Shown: positions 1 to 9,990, counted from the stretch's first letter. The stretch is 46,345 nt of DNA from Candidatus Proelusimicrobium bovinum (GCA_902791965.1 CADAXZ010000004.1:1-46345), one strand, 5' to 3'. The notes: a model not told the origin generated them from the sequence alone. Numbers and translations are program-made.

Positions 1-31
1 ATTAAATTTTTTAAATCTTTCAAAAGCCATT

Positions 32-1138
32 TTAAATCTCTTTTAATTTTGCGGAAGGATAGTATCTTTCCAAAATTTCCTTATAATCTTTACCTGCCTC
101 TGCCATACCTTTTGCCCCGTCTTGACACATACCGCCTCCGTGTCCGTAACCTTTGCCCGTAAAAGTTCTGCCGCTTATTTTTGTTATAAAGCAACTTTTC
201 ATTTTGGTAGAACCTACGGCAACCCTGAAATCATTACAACTTACGGTCTTTTTGGTTTTATTTGTTTTTACCGTCAGAGTTTTTGCCCTGCCGGAACTTT
301 CCTTTTGCGCTATGGAAACACTTTTAAAAGTACCGTTTATTTTATTCTTTTTTAAAAATTTATTTATACTGTCTAAAGGTATTTCCGCCTTCCAATTTGC
401 GCTTGCGCTCTTTGAACAATACCCGCATTTAGCGCCGCTTAAAGGTTTTATTGCATCTTTAAGCCAAGGCATAGGGTCGGTATGGCCGCCGCAGTTAGCG
501 TGATAATAGGTATAAAACAGTTTACCGTCATACATAAGCACCTGCCCTTTAGTTTGTTTTACAGCCTGTTTTACGCTGTCATAAACAGTACCCGCGCCTT
601 TATACATCTGGCTGCGAACATCACTGTATAAATCAAAATCTTCTATTTTTTTATCTTCAATACTTTTTAAGGTATATGTTCTGGCGGCTACGGCCTGCGC
701 TTTTAAGGCTTCCTGCGGCCAACTGTGGCTCATCTCGTAAGGAAGCACGCCCAAAAGATAATTTTCCAAATCGGTTTGTTCTATAACATTTACTCCGTTT
801 GAAGCAGGTTTTAAAATAAGTTTGCCGTTATATTTATTCCCGTTTAAAGTAAAAAAACCGTCTTTTGAGGAAAGTTCCAAAATTAAATCCCCGTCTGCTT
901 TTACACTGCCGGCCTGCACTTGTTTTTTATTGCCGGCTACATTAAACTTGCCGCCTTTTTTGATAACATATTTTTTGCCTGCGGAAACATCGGTAATTTT
1001 AAATTTACCGGAAGCCTCAAGCGAAAAGGAAGGTTTATTTTCCGCTATTAAAATTTTGACATCTTTTGCCGCTGCTTTTAAATTAAAACACAAAAGCAGA
1101 GCAAAAAGGCAAAGAAACTTCAAAAAATATTTCATCAA
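32..1138 (-). CDS. SpoIID/LytB-domain protein (secreted amidase-enhancer-like)
   Basis: 368-aa ORF with N-terminal signal peptide; the conserved SpoIID/LytB block (EALKAQAVAARTYTL) is present, and the C-terminus has a Cys/Gly-rich HGGGMCQDGA-type motif typical of this family. Confidence 0.75.
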   Translation of the reverse strand: MMKYFLKFLCLFALLLCFNLKAAAKDVKILIAENKPSFSLEASGKFKITDVSAGKKYVIKKGGKFNVAGNKKQVQAGSVKADGDLILELSSKDGFFTLNGNKYNGKLILKPASNGVNVIEQTDLENYLLGVLPYEMSHSWPQEALKAQAVAARTYTLKSIEDKKIEDFDLYSDVRSQMYKGAGTVYDSVKQAVKQTKGQVLMYDGKLFYTYYHANCGGHTDPMPWLKDAIKPLSGAKCGYCSKSASANWKAEIPLDSINKFLKKNKINGTFKSVSIAQKESSGRAKTLTVKTNKTKKTVSCNDFRVAVGSTKMKSCFITKISGRTFTGKGYGHGGGMCQDGAKGMAEAGKDYKEILERYYPSAKLKEI

Positions 1139-1171
1139 AAATCCGTAAAGTTTAAAGTAGAATAAAAACCG

Positions 1172-2194
1172 TTAAAAAAGCCCGTTGGGATTTTTATGCC
1201 CCAAATGTTTATAGGCTTTTGCCGTTGCAACGCGCCCCCTGGGCGTGCGGGTAATAAAACCAGCTTTGATAAGGTAAGGCTCTATAACATCCGTAAGGGT
1301 ATCGGCCTCCTGCGAAACGGCTATGGCAAGATTATCCATACCCACAGGCCCGCCGCCGAATTTTTCTATCAGCGCGCTTAAAATCTTTTTATCTACGCTG
1401 TCCAAGCCTTCCCTGTCAATATCCAAAGCATCCATAGCCATAACAGCAATATCTGCCGTAATCGTACCGCCGCCTTTAACCTGTGCAAAATCCCTTGCGC
1501 GCCTTAAAAGACGGTTAGCGATACGCGGCGTTCCCCTTGAGCGTTTGGCAATTTCTTCAAGGCCGGATCGGTCTGCTTCTATATTTAAAAGCCGCGCGGA
1601 ACGCTGGAGAATATCCGTAATTTCCTTAATTTCGTAAAAACCCAAATTAAACACTATGCCGAAGCGGTCCCTTAAAGGCCCTGTCAAAAGGCCAGAGCGG
1701 GTTGTAGCGCCTACTAAAGTAAATTTAGGTACGGCAAGTTTTAAAGTCGTAGAGCCGGCCCCCTTGCCCGTATTTATAAAGAAGGTAAAATCTTCCATAG
1801 CGGGGTAAAGGGCTTCTTCAACAGCGGGGTTAAGGCGGTGTATTTCGTCAATAAAAAGGATGTCGCCTTCGTTAAGTTCGGTAGTAAGCATAGCGGCTAA
1901 ATCCCCCGGGCGGGCAAGCACAGGGCCGGAAGTCGTTTTAATATTTACGCCCATTTCCTTAGCCAAAATATTAGATAAAGTAGTTTTACCCAGCCCCGGA
2001 GGGGAATAAAAAAGACAATGGTCCAAAGCCTCGCCCCTTGCTTTTGCAGCGGAGATAAAAACTTCTAAATTTTCCTTTAGTTTATCCTGCCCTACAAACT
2101 CTTTTAAAGTTGCGGGGCGCAAGGCGTGTTCTATGGAAGAAGATTTTTCTTCCGCAGTAGGCCTGACATCCAAATATTCATTATGAGCCGTCAT
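1172..2194 (-). CDS. ruvB: Holliday junction branch migration ATPase RuvB
   Basis: 340 aa; Walker [14 protein letters not shown]+ sensor motifs and a RuvB C-terminal winged helix; overlaps the upstream ruvA by 4 nt (ATGA). Confidence 0.95.
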   Translation of the reverse strand: MTAHNEYLDVRPTAEEKSSSIEHALRPATLKEFVGQDKLKENLEVFISAAKARGEALDHCLFYSPPGLGKTTLSNILAKEMGVNIKTTSGPVLARPGDLAAMLTTELNEGDILFIDEIHRLNPAVEEALYPAMEDFTFFINTGKGAGSTTLKLAVPKFTLVGATTRSGLLTGPLRDRFGIVFNLGFYEIKEITDILQRSARLLNIEADRSGLEEIAKRSRGTPRIANRLLRRARDFAQVKGGGTITADIAVMAMDALDIDREGLDSVDKKILSALIEKFGGGPVGMDNLAIAVSQEADTLTDVIEPYLIKAGFITRTPRGRVATAKAYKHLGHKNPNGLF

Positions 2195-2796
2195 TTACTT
2201 AATATCCTTAAAGCAGATTTAATATTGCTTTCCATATCCGAACCGAGCGCCCCCTCGCGGGAAAGTTTTTCTATGGCGCGGCGCGCTTCGGCCGCGCTGT
2301 ATCCCAAAGTGTTAAGCATAGCCAAAAGTTCCGACATATAAGGCACATCCAAAGTTTTGATTTTGGCTTCCCCCTGCACGGTAAAAGTATCCATTTTGCC
2401 TTTTAAAGCATCAAGGATTTTCTGCCCTGTTTTTGCCGTAAAGCCGAAAATACCCGTAAGGATTTTTATATCCTGATTAATAACAGCCCTGTGGAAATCA
2501 GGCAAACTCCTTAAGGCTTTTGTTAAAAACTCAAGCGCTTTTTTAGCACCTGTATTGGGGATAGATTCCTTAAAAAGCAAAAAAAGGTTTTGTTCTTCTT
2601 TATTTACAAAACCGTAAAGAGTTGTGCCGTCGTACGGGGAAAGGGATTCCGTTATATAAAAAGCGGCATTTTGCCCCTTTTCCAAACCGTTTAAGGTGGC
2701 TTGGGGCAAGTTGACCTCATAGCCGACGCCGCCGGCTAAAACTACGGCGGAAGTTTCCGTTAAATCAATTATTTCGCCTTTAAGGTATGCTATCAT
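2191..2796 (-). CDS. ruvA: Holliday junction DNA helicase subunit RuvA
   Basis: 201 aa starting MIAYLKGEI, which is the classic RuvA N-terminus; helix-hairpin-helix region and C-terminal domain III; translationally coupled to ruvB. Confidence 0.9.
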   Translation of the reverse strand: MIAYLKGEIIDLTETSAVVLAGGVGYEVNLPQATLNGLEKGQNAAFYITESLSPYDGTTLYGFVNKEEQNLFLLFKESIPNTGAKKALEFLTKALRSLPDFHRAVINQDIKILTGIFGFTAKTGQKILDALKGKMDTFTVQGEAKIKTLDVPYMSELLAMLNTLGYSAAEARRAIEKLSREGALGSDMESNIKSALRILSK

Positions 2797-2976
2797 ATAT
2801 TACATTTTACTTTATTATTAACATTATAAGTAAGACAAATTAAATTTTGTACAAACATCTAAACGGCCATTGTTTTATACGGTTCATTATCCGTTTTTGT
2901 TTTTTTCCTTTTTCAATGCAGCAAAAGAAGATATAATAATTATGGATTCTTTTATCTTATAAATTAGGCGGGATTT

Positions 2977-3729
2977 ATGAAAAATTTTATTTTTACTTTA
3001 CTTTTTATCTTTGCTTTTATTATACCGGCAAAAGCCGATATAGCACCTGCGGAACAGATAAATTATACTTTTAAATTTGAGGGTTTGCCGCCTTCTGAAA
3101 TAATAGCCGCAAAAAGTTCCCAGATACAATGCGCCGATAACCAGTGTCTTGAGCCAAAAGCACTCGGAAATTTCGGCCTGCAAAAATTTAATTGTGATGA
3201 TAAATCCTGCTATGCCGTATTTTACGAAATGAACGACTATCAAAAAATTATTATTGCTTTTAAAGACGGGACAGTAAAAGAATCACAAATTTTCCCAAAA
3301 CCGCAAGGGCGCAAAAACTCTGTACTTGTTATCGTTAATCCCCAAGATTTAAGCGTAAGACCGGATAATACTGCCGCACCGGACAGAATAAACAAAACCT
3401 ATGCTTTTTGTGCTATGTTTTTTGTTTTGATTGCGGAAATACTTACGGCTTTGCTCTTTACTTACATCAATGAACTTCCGCTAAAAATAATAATTTGGTT
3501 TGGTATATTAAATTTAATTACCATACCGCTTAATTGGTTTATCCTTTCCGACTATACGGTACACGACGGGCTTTTATGGTTGGCGGCTTTCTTTATTGAA
3601 TTTGCTGTTTTGGCCCTCATTTACAAAAGGAAATGCACCTTGCAGGAAATTTTCGGCCTGACTTTATTTTCAAATGTATCTGGCTACTGCGCAGGGATGA
3701 TATTATCTTTTATTCTTACATTCTTTTAA
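2977..3729 (+). CDS. hypothetical membrane protein: signal peptide, Cys-rich extracytoplasmic domain, 4 TM helices
   Basis: 250 aa; N-terminal hydrophobic signal; about 120-aa domain with 6 Cys (CADNQC...CDDKSC); four predicted TM helices at the C-terminus; no recognisable family. Confidence 0.5.
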   Translation: MKNFIFTLLFIFAFIIPAKADIAPAEQINYTFKFEGLPPSEIIAAKSSQIQCADNQCLEPKALGNFGLQKFNCDDKSCYAVFYEMNDYQKIIIAFKDGTVKESQIFPKPQGRKNSVLVIVNPQDLSVRPDNTAAPDRINKTYAFCAMFFVLIAEILTALLFTYINELPLKIIIWFGILNLITIPLNWFILSDYTVHDGLLWLAAFFIEFAVLALIYKRKCTLQEIFGLTLFSNVSGYCAGMILSFILTFF

Positions 3730-3776
3730 CCTTTAAGGCTCTTTTTTATTTGATAAAATAAATAAAAGGGGGTTTT

Positions 3777-4511
3777 ATGTTGCAAGAAACTTTTAAAACA
3801 AGGTATTATGAAATGTCGCCCGACGGTACTTTACCCGCGTGGGTGCTGCAAAATTATTTTCAGGAAAGTGCTGCAGTTGATGCGCATAATCTTTCCTTCG
3901 GGTGGGAAGAACTATCCGCAAACGGAGTAGCGTGGATACTTACAAAAGTACAGATGCAGTTATTAAAACCTGTATCCGGCGCACAAAAAATAACCGTAAA
4001 AACTTGGCATTGTTATTCCGACAAAATACAAAGCAGAAGGGATTTTATTATGTTTAACCAGCAAGGCGAACATATCGCAAAAGGCGTAAGTTGGTGGCTT
4101 ATTATGGATTTAAACAAACGCAAAATTACCCGCAGCCCCCAAGCCCTTATAGATTCCAACGGTAAAAACCCCGCCCCGATTATGGAGGCCAACACACAAA
4201 AACCGCCTAAGGAAAGTGAACTTTCCCCCGCTTTAAACAAATTTACAATAACGGCCCGCCTTGAAGATTTGGATAGCAATAATCATGTAAATAACAGCCA
4301 TTTTTCCGCTTGGGCCGTACAAAGCGCGCCCAAAGATAAAACCGAAGGCAAAAATTTAAAGGAAATTATTATAAATTATAAAGCGGAAGTGCGCTTTGGC
4401 GATTTGGTGGAAATTACGGTCCACCCCGCAGGGGAAAATGCGTTCTGGCATTTATTAAAACGCCCATCCGACGGCAAAGAAATTGCCTTAATCTATACAC
4501 TCTGGGGATAA
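3777..4511 (+). CDS. acyl-ACP thioesterase (FatA/FatB-type, PF01643-like)
   Basis: 244 aa; N-terminal YYEMSPDGT and downstream NNHVNNS motifs as in acyl-ACP thioesterases (hot-dog tandem); RBS AAAGGGGG upstream; stop is 2 nt before the Rrf2 start. Confidence 0.7.
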   Translation: MLQETFKTRYYEMSPDGTLPAWVLQNYFQESAAVDAHNLSFGWEELSANGVAWILTKVQMQLLKPVSGAQKITVKTWHCYSDKIQSRRDFIMFNQQGEHIAKGVSWWLIMDLNKRKITRSPQALIDSNGKNPAPIMEANTQKPPKESELSPALNKFTITARLEDLDSNNHVNNSHFSAWAVQSAPKDKTEGKNLKEIIINYKAEVRFGDLVEITVHPAGENAFWHLLKRPSDGKEIALIYTLWG

Positions 4512-4513
4512 AA

Positions 4514-4927
4514 ATGCGTATTTCATCAAAAGGGCAGTATGCCTTACAGTTAATGCTGGACTTGGCACAAAACAGCCAAGAGGGTTTTATTGCTCTTGCC
4601 GCAACCGCAAAAAGGAAAGATATTTCCAAGAAATATTTAGAACAGGTTGTTCCCGCACTTACAAAAGCGGGGCTGATACAGGCAAACCGCGGGGTACAGG
4701 GCGGTTATAAATTGCTGCGCCGCCCCGAACAATATACTTTGGCAGATATTTTTAAAGCGGCCGAACCTGCTTTATTTGCCGCTACCCCCACCGACAGCCA
4801 AACGGCTTATCTTTCTTTTGTGTGGCAAGGGCTGGGCAAATCAATAGAAGATTATTTAAGTTCTATTACATTGCACGATATACTGCAAAAACAACAGGCA
4901 TTTTCCGCCGATAATTATGTAATTTAG
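4514..4927 (+). CDS. Rrf2-family transcriptional regulator (CymR/IscR-like)
   Basis: 137 aa starting MRISSKGQYALQLMLDLA, the canonical Rrf2 wHTH N-terminus; no 3-Cys cluster obvious, so more CymR-like than IscR-like; convergent with cysK. Confidence 0.85.
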   Translation: MRISSKGQYALQLMLDLAQNSQEGFIALAATAKRKDISKKYLEQVVPALTKAGLIQANRGVQGGYKLLRRPEQYTLADIFKAAEPALFAATPTDSQTAYLSFVWQGLGKSIEDYLSSITLHDILQKQQAFSADNYVI

Positions 4928-5002
4928 TTTTTATAAAACCGAAATCCCCGCTTAACAGCGGGGATATTTACTTGCCAAACAGATACGGTTTGCCAGATAA
5001 AC

Positions 5003-5932
5003 CTAATCTGCGAACATAACCGTTGATAAATATCTTTCCCCTGTATCAGGTAAAAGCACTACTATTGTTTTATCTTTATTTTCCGGCCGCAGGGCAATTT
5101 GTGTTGCCGCCCATACCGCCGCACCGGAAGAAATACCGACAAGCAAACCTTCGCGCCTTGCCAAAGTACGCCCCGTTAAAAATGCGGACTCGTTTTCCAC
5201 AGGGATAATTTCGTCATAGATTTTTGTATTAAGCGTATCAGGCACAAAACCTGCCCCAAGGCCCTGTATTTTATGCGCCCCCGCAGTACCTTTTGTAAGC
5301 ACAGGCGAGCCGGCAGGCTCTACACCGATAATTTTTATCTTAGGGTTTTTACTCTTTAAAAATTCCCCCGTTCCGCTGATTGTTCCGCCCGTTCCTATCC
5401 CAGCAACAAAAATATCTATTTTACCTTCCGTATCAGCCCAAATTTCCGGTCCTGTAGTTGCCTTGTGTATAGCAGGATTGGCAGGGTTTACAAACTGCCC
5501 GGGGATAAAACTCTCAGGTATATCAGCGGCAAGTTGGTTTGCTTTTTGTATTGCGCCTTTCATACCTTTAGCACCTTCGGTAAGTACAACCTGCGCACCG
5601 TAGGCTTTTAAAAGATTGCGCCGCTCAATACTCATAGTTTCCGGCATAGTTAAAATAATTTTGTATCCGCGAGCAGCCGCAAAAGCAGCAAGCCCTATAC
5701 CCGTATTACCGCTGGTAGGCTCAATAATAACAGAGCCTTTTTTTAACAAACCTTTTGCCTCGGCATTTTCTATCATTGCTTTGGCTATACGGTCCTTAAC
5801 GCTGCCGGCCGGATTAAAAAATTCTACCTTAGCCACAAGCGGCAATGCCAAACCTTTATCCGCGCTGTAATTGTTCAACTTTACAAGCGGAGTATTGCCT
5901 ATTAAATCCGTAATGCTTTCAAATATTTTCAT
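5003..5932 (-). CDS. cysK: cysteine synthase A (O-acetylserine sulfhydrylase)
   Basis: 309 aa; PLP-lysine region (SVKDR), [11 protein letters not shown] and [10 protein letters not shown] motifs of the CysK/CysM fold-II PLP enzymes. Confidence 0.95.
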   Translation of the reverse strand: MKIFESITDLIGNTPLVKLNNYSADKGLALPLVAKVEFFNPAGSVKDRIAKAMIENAEAKGLLKKGSVIIEPTSGNTGIGLAAFAAARGYKIILTMPETMSIERRNLLKAYGAQVVLTEGAKGMKGAIQKANQLAADIPESFIPGQFVNPANPAIHKATTGPEIWADTEGKIDIFVAGIGTGGTISGTGEFLKSKNPKIKIIGVEPAGSPVLTKGTAGAHKIQGLGAGFVPDTLNTKIYDEIIPVENESAFLTGRTLARREGLLVGISSGAAVWAATQIALRPENKDKTIVVLLPDTGERYLSTVMFAD

Positions 5933-5967
5933 AAATTTTATCCTCGCTTTAATTTAATATACATAAA

Positions 5968-5986
5968 ACCTATATGTATTATAGGT
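5968..5986. promoter_or_regulatory. 7-5-7 inverted repeat ACCTATA-TGTAT-TATAGGT overlapping the cysK -10/TSS (candidate Rrf2/CymR operator)
   Basis: Perfect 7-bp arms read directly from the sequence; located 36-54 nt upstream of the cysK ATG, immediately downstream of a TTGACA-N16-18-TATAAT promoter on the minus strand. Confidence 0.4.
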
Positions 5987-6016
5987 ATTATATATAAAAA
6001 CGCAAAAAATTGTCAA
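5987..6016 (-). promoter_or_regulatory. sigma70-like promoter of cysK (-35 TTGACA at 6016..6011, -10 TATAAT/TATATA around 5994..5987)
   Basis: Minus-strand reading gives TTGACA, then attttttgcgttttta, then TATATAAT; consensus hexamers with 16-18 nt spacing. Confidence 0.5.
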
Positions 6017-6091
6017 GTTATATGTCAAAAGGCATAATTTTTAACCATTAGGCCAATAAAAATATTCTTGCGCTACTACAACAGGTAAAAA

Positions 6092-6124
6092 AACAAGGGA
6101 TTATAAAATTTATAATCCCTTGTT
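6092..6124 (-). terminator. rho-independent terminator of the parvulin-lipoprotein gene (33-nt perfect palindrome followed by T7 on the minus strand)
   Basis: aacaagggattataaa/tttataatcccttgtt forms a perfect 14-16 bp stem; on the minus strand it is followed by gttttttt; lies 28 nt after the stop at 6153. Confidence 0.8.
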
Positions 6125-6152
6125 TATGTTTAAAGTGCTGTTTTGTAAAATT

Positions 6153-7280
6153 CTATTTCGCTTGTTCTTTGTTTTGTTCCTGCACCTTTTTGGCTGCTTC
6201 GCCTTCAGGTTTTATTTCAGCTTTGTTTACTAAATCTTTAACATAATTTGCCGTCTTTTGCTTTATCTGTAAGGCTGCCAAATATTTAGCGATTTCCGCC
6301 CTGACTTCATTATAAGCAGGTTTTGTTTCAGCGCGTTTTTCGTTAACTCTTAAAATATATATACCGTCTTTTTCCGTAAGCGGGCCTAAAATTTCGCCAA
6401 GTTTTGCATTAAATATTTTTTTATCTAAACTATCAGGCAAAGCGCCGCGCAACACCAACTGCTCGCCCTTAGTATTAAGAGCATTTTTATCATCGGAATA
6501 TTGCGCTATTGCCTGCACAAAACCTATTTTGTTTGCTTTTAAATCTTTAACTATATCTTTTGCAAGGGCTTGCTTCTTTTCAATATCTTTCTTTGGCATA
6601 TTTGCGGGAGTCGCCAAAAATACTGCTGACACTTGCGCTCTTTCCGCAGTAAGTTTTTTGATTTCCTGCGCGAACGGTAAAACTACGGCTAAAGTTTCCT
6701 GCGGCAAAGCAGCAATTTTGGTTTTATCTCCGGAAAGAACAACTTTCATATTGTTATAAAAATTTTGCAAGTCCTCTTCCTGAAGTTCGGCCTTTTGTTC
6801 TGCGTTTATCTTATTTAAAAGGGCTTGGGCCATAAGTTCCTTGCGGATATTATTTTCCAACTCTTTATAAGTAATACCGTCTTTTTGCAGTTTATCCTGA
6901 AAGTTCTTTTCTATGATAACTTTATCCTGTGTTGGCTTGCCGTCCTTATCAAAAGCAAAAAAGTTTTTAATTTTTTCAATATTTTGCTTTACTGCTTTTT
7001 CATCGGCTTTAACATTTTGTTTTTTGGCTTCCTGATAAAGCACTTCGTTAGTGATTAACTGCTCTAAAGCCAATTTCTTTATAAGTTCCTGATTCTGCTG
7101 ATTCTGCAGAAAGTTAGGGTTAACTCTCACATATTGTGCCGCTAAATTATCAACCGTTCCCTGATAAGTTGCTTTTGATATTTTAGTTCCGTTAACGGAA
7201 AATACCGCATCTTGTTTGCTTGTGCAGGCAGCAATTAATAATATTGCCGCGCAGACAGGTAAAAAGTTCTTAATCTTCAT
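6153..7280 (-). CDS. peptidyl-prolyl cis-trans isomerase lipoprotein, parvulin (PpiC) type, SurA/PrsA-like
   Basis: 375 aa; lipoprotein signal with lipobox LLIAAC; long K/E-rich chaperone-like N-terminal region; C-terminal parvulin-like block GEILGPLTEKDGIYILRVNEKR. Confidence 0.6.
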   Translation of the reverse strand: MKIKNFLPVCAAILLIAACTSKQDAVFSVNGTKISKATYQGTVDNLAAQYVRVNPNFLQNQQNQELIKKLALEQLITNEVLYQEAKKQNVKADEKAVKQNIEKIKNFFAFDKDGKPTQDKVIIEKNFQDKLQKDGITYKELENNIRKELMAQALLNKINAEQKAELQEEDLQNFYNNMKVVLSGDKTKIAALPQETLAVVLPFAQEIKKLTAERAQVSAVFLATPANMPKKDIEKKQALAKDIVKDLKANKIGFVQAIAQYSDDKNALNTKGEQLVLRGALPDSLDKKIFNAKLGEILGPLTEKDGIYILRVNEKRAETKPAYNEVRAEIAKYLAALQIKQKTANYVKDLVNKAEIKPEGEAAKKVQEQNKEQAK

Positions 7281-7420
7281 AATGCTCCTCTTATATATAT
7301 ATGTATATTGTATCTTTTATAGCGCAATTTATAAATACTGTAAGACACTAAAATAATATTGTATATTAAAATTAGTAATATTAAAATTTTTAACTTATAA
7401 ATAAGGAGCAAAAATAATTT

Positions 7421-7957
7421 ATGTGTCCGATGAATATAATAGCCGTATGTGCAATTATTTTTATGGTACTGTTTATTTTCTGGCAGTTTAAAATGCTGAA
7501 AAAATATGCCTTAAAATACGATAAATTTAAACTTAACCTTAAACAGGAATATCTGTCCGTAAACGGACAGGAAATAAATTTTAAAGAGATAGACCATATA
7601 ACAGTAAGGGAACTTGAACAACCTTCCGCGTTGGAAAAAACATTATCCAAAAGTGCCTTTTATGCTTATATGGCGGAAATAGTTTTTCATTTAAAAAACG
7701 GCCCTAATATATATTGTACTTTTAACTATAAAGGAACACTATACAGAACCTTAAAACAGTTAGAACCGTATGTAAAAATAGATGAAGATATAGATTACTA
7801 TAAGCCAAAAATAAGATGGTTTAATATGCTGATGGTAATAGCCGCAGTAATTATTGTACTCAGTATGAACGGCGACAAATTAACCGGGCTGCAAGAATTT
7901 GCGATAATAGTCTTTACAGTAATTATAGTATTATTGATTGCCAAGTTTGCAAAGTAA
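7421..7957 (+). CDS. hypothetical membrane protein (1 N-terminal + 2 C-terminal TM helices)
   Basis: 178-aa ORF with hydrophobic segments at both ends and a soluble middle domain; no family recognised. Confidence 0.45.
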   Translation: MCPMNIIAVCAIIFMVLFIFWQFKMLKKYALKYDKFKLNLKQEYLSVNGQEINFKEIDHITVRELEQPSALEKTLSKSAFYAYMAEIVFHLKNGPNIYCTFNYKGTLYRTLKQLEPYVKIDEDIDYYKPKIRWFNMLMVIAAVIIVLSMNGDKLTGLQEFAIIVFTVIIVLLIAKFAK

Positions 7958-8088
7958 ATTACTCTGCCGGATATATACGGCGGCTAAATTTTAAATAAAA
8001 ATAATTGGCAATTTTTTATAAAACCGATAAACTTATATTAAGGCTGCTTACTTAAAGCAAATAATTATAAAACCAACGGAGCAAGAAT

Positions 8089-8337
8089 ATGAAAAATAAA
8101 TTTATTTTTTATTTGATTTTTGCATTTATAATTTTATCCGGCTTATTTGTTTATAACAACTTAAAAGATACTGAGCGCCTTTATGCCAAACACCACCACG
8201 GCGGACATCATCATCACGAAGTATGCACGGTAATTTGTAAAGAGCCTGATTGGGGAACTTTTTGCAGCGGAGACTTTGAATATGATTGGGACTTAAAACA
8301 ATGCTGTGCAGTAAAATGCTTTAAAAAGCACTCATAG
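8089..8337 (+). CDS. small secreted/membrane-anchored His-rich, Cys-rich peptide (putative metal-binding)
   Basis: 82 aa; N-terminal hydrophobic segment; HHHGGHHHH tract; 6 Cys in the last 40 residues (CTVIC...FCSG...QCCAVKC); followed by a GNRA-loop hairpin plus T-run terminator at 8367..8396. Confidence 0.5.
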   Translation: MKNKFIFYLIFAFIILSGLFVYNNLKDTERLYAKHHHGGHHHHEVCTVICKEPDWGTFCSGDFEYDWDLKQCCAVKCFKKHS

Positions 8338-8366
8338 AACTATTCCGTAAATGATTTTGTTAAACA

Positions 8367-8396
8367 CCCCTGGCGTAAGCACGGGGTTTATTTTTA
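8367..8396 (+). terminator. putative rho-independent terminator after the His/Cys peptide gene
   Basis: cccc-tg-gc[gtaa]gc-ac-gggg imperfect hairpin followed by tttattttt. Confidence 0.45.
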
Positions 8397-8525
8397 TTAA
8401 AACAATTCCGTTGTCTGCCCAGCCCATAGGGCTTACGCATTGCATTGTTGCGGAAAGAAATTTATATAACCCCGTATAAACCGGGGTTGTATAAACAAAA
8501 ACATCCTTTAAAGAACTTCCGCATT

Positions 8526-9746
8526 TTAAGGCATTATAATATATACGGCGCTTATATTGCCGTTTTCTTCCATTTGGTTATAAATGGTTGATGGCAGTAT
8601 TTTAGATATTTCTTCGTCGCGCTTTTTTTGTGCTTTGGATTTTTCTTCATTATAAGTGCCTTGGCCCTCATAGGCCATTTTTTCCCATGTTTTTACTTCG
8701 TCATCAACGGTTAACTTCCTGATAAAAACATCCACTGTTTTATCTGCCGGCATATTAAGCAATCTTTTAAGCCCGTAATGTGCGCCGCCGGCAAAAACAA
8801 TAATAATATCATAATACGGGGCGACGGTACGGATAAAATAATTCCATTTTGTATTACGCTGGAAAACCCCGTAATAATTTGACCTGAAACGGTAATATGC
8901 CCTACCAAACATTTCATCCCCGCCCAGATAAGGAATGGAAATATTCCCCACCTTAAAAAAAGAATATAACCACGATTCATCCACTAAAACATCGTCCATA
9001 TTAAGGATGTCTATTCCCGTTTCGCTTACTTTATCCCATAAATCGTCATAACGCGTGGCGGATTTCATATTAGGGTGCATTGCTTCGCCCGCAAAACGAA
9101 TCACGGGCGCGCGGTAATCCGTCTTATCTGCAATCAACGGGGATTTGTCAAAAGGTTCAATATCCATCCATATCAGTTGCTCGGGTGAGAACAAAATGCG
9201 TTTATTCGGATTGGCCTTTTTTATTTCCTTTATAACATTGAGCGTACTATCCATTATTTCCGGTACGGAGTGTCCGCCTTCTTCCCATAAAAAAATAATC
9301 TTTTTGCCCTTAAAAATTTTATGGTAATCAGGTGTTTCTGTCCGGAAATTTTTATTCATAATATACAGTATCTTTTCCCGCGCGGCAATATCGTCATCAT
9401 ATTCTTTTTTGTAATAATTATTTATTTCGGTAAGCCACACTTCCGCGCGCGCCATATCGCTGTTAGTTTGCGATAAAATTTCATCAGCGCGTGCGCCCTC
9501 GGCTTTCTTGAAGGAATCCAAATCATTATATTTACTGACAACAACAGCGTTTTTGAGTAAATTAGGGAAAAATTCTTTTAGAAAACGCGACCTGACTTTC
9601 ATTTCCTCCTGCTGGGCAACTGCAAGGCATTGCAGCAGGATTTCTTTACGGGTAGGCACAGGTTGCCCCTCTTGTGCGTCAGGCTGCTGCGCATAAGAAA
9701 ATATGCTTAAAAAAATAAACAAAAAGATAAATAAAATATGTTTCAC
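8526..9746 (-). CDS. hypothetical secreted protein (signal peptide), function unknown
   Basis: 406 aa; N-terminal signal MKHILFIFLFIFLSIFSYAQQ; no confident family assignment from motifs. Confidence 0.6.
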   Translation of the reverse strand: MKHILFIFLFIFLSIFSYAQQPDAQEGQPVPTRKEILLQCLAVAQQEEMKVRSRFLKEFFPNLLKNAVVVSKYNDLDSFKKAEGARADEILSQTNSDMARAEVWLTEINNYYKKEYDDDIAAREKILYIMNKNFRTETPDYHKIFKGKKIIFLWEEGGHSVPEIMDSTLNVIKEIKKANPNKRILFSPEQLIWMDIEPFDKSPLIADKTDYRAPVIRFAGEAMHPNMKSATRYDDLWDKVSETGIDILNMDDVLVDESWLYSFFKVGNISIPYLGGDEMFGRAYYRFRSNYYGVFQRNTKWNYFIRTVAPYYDIIIVFAGGAHYGLKRLLNMPADKTVDVFIRKLTVDDEVKTWEKMAYEGQGTYNEEKSKAQKKRDEEISKILPSTIYNQMEENGNISAVYIIMP

Positions 9747-9785
9747 GGTAGAAACATTATATAGAAAATGGCAGTATAACTCAAT

Positions 9786-9907
9786 AAAACATCTCTGCGG
9801 CCTTCGAATCCAGACTCAGCGCAAAGCAGTTTGCGCTGCTGCACTCCCCATATAATAAAAAATCCCCTTGCGGGGCTTTTTAAATTATACGGAGAGGGAG
9901 GGATTCG
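9786..9907. repeat. direct repeat copy 1 (122 bp): truncated 3' 18 nt of tRNA-Ser + terminator hairpin + about 85 nt downstream sequence
   Basis: Identical to 9991..10112 apart from 2 mismatches (cgaatccag vs caaatcccg); offset 205 bp; ends with cggagagggagggattcg, which is the last 18 nt of the tRNA-Ser gene. Confidence 0.85.
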
Positions 9908-9990
9908 CCCTGCATAAATTCCCTGACGGGAATTTTGCCCGGGCCCGCCCTCGCGGTTTTTGCCTTTCGCCGCTTAAGCCCGCTCAAACA

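Noticed and set aside
6010-6038. Apparent + strand promoter TTGTCA-N17-CATAAT followed by the 6092..6124 hairpin, suggesting an about 70-nt sRNA
   Set aside because: The hexamers are the mirror image of the genuine minus-strand TTGACA boxes of the cysK promoter, and TTGTCA is not the -35 consensus. The hairpin is better explained as the terminator of the minus-strand parvulin gene (T7 run on that strand).
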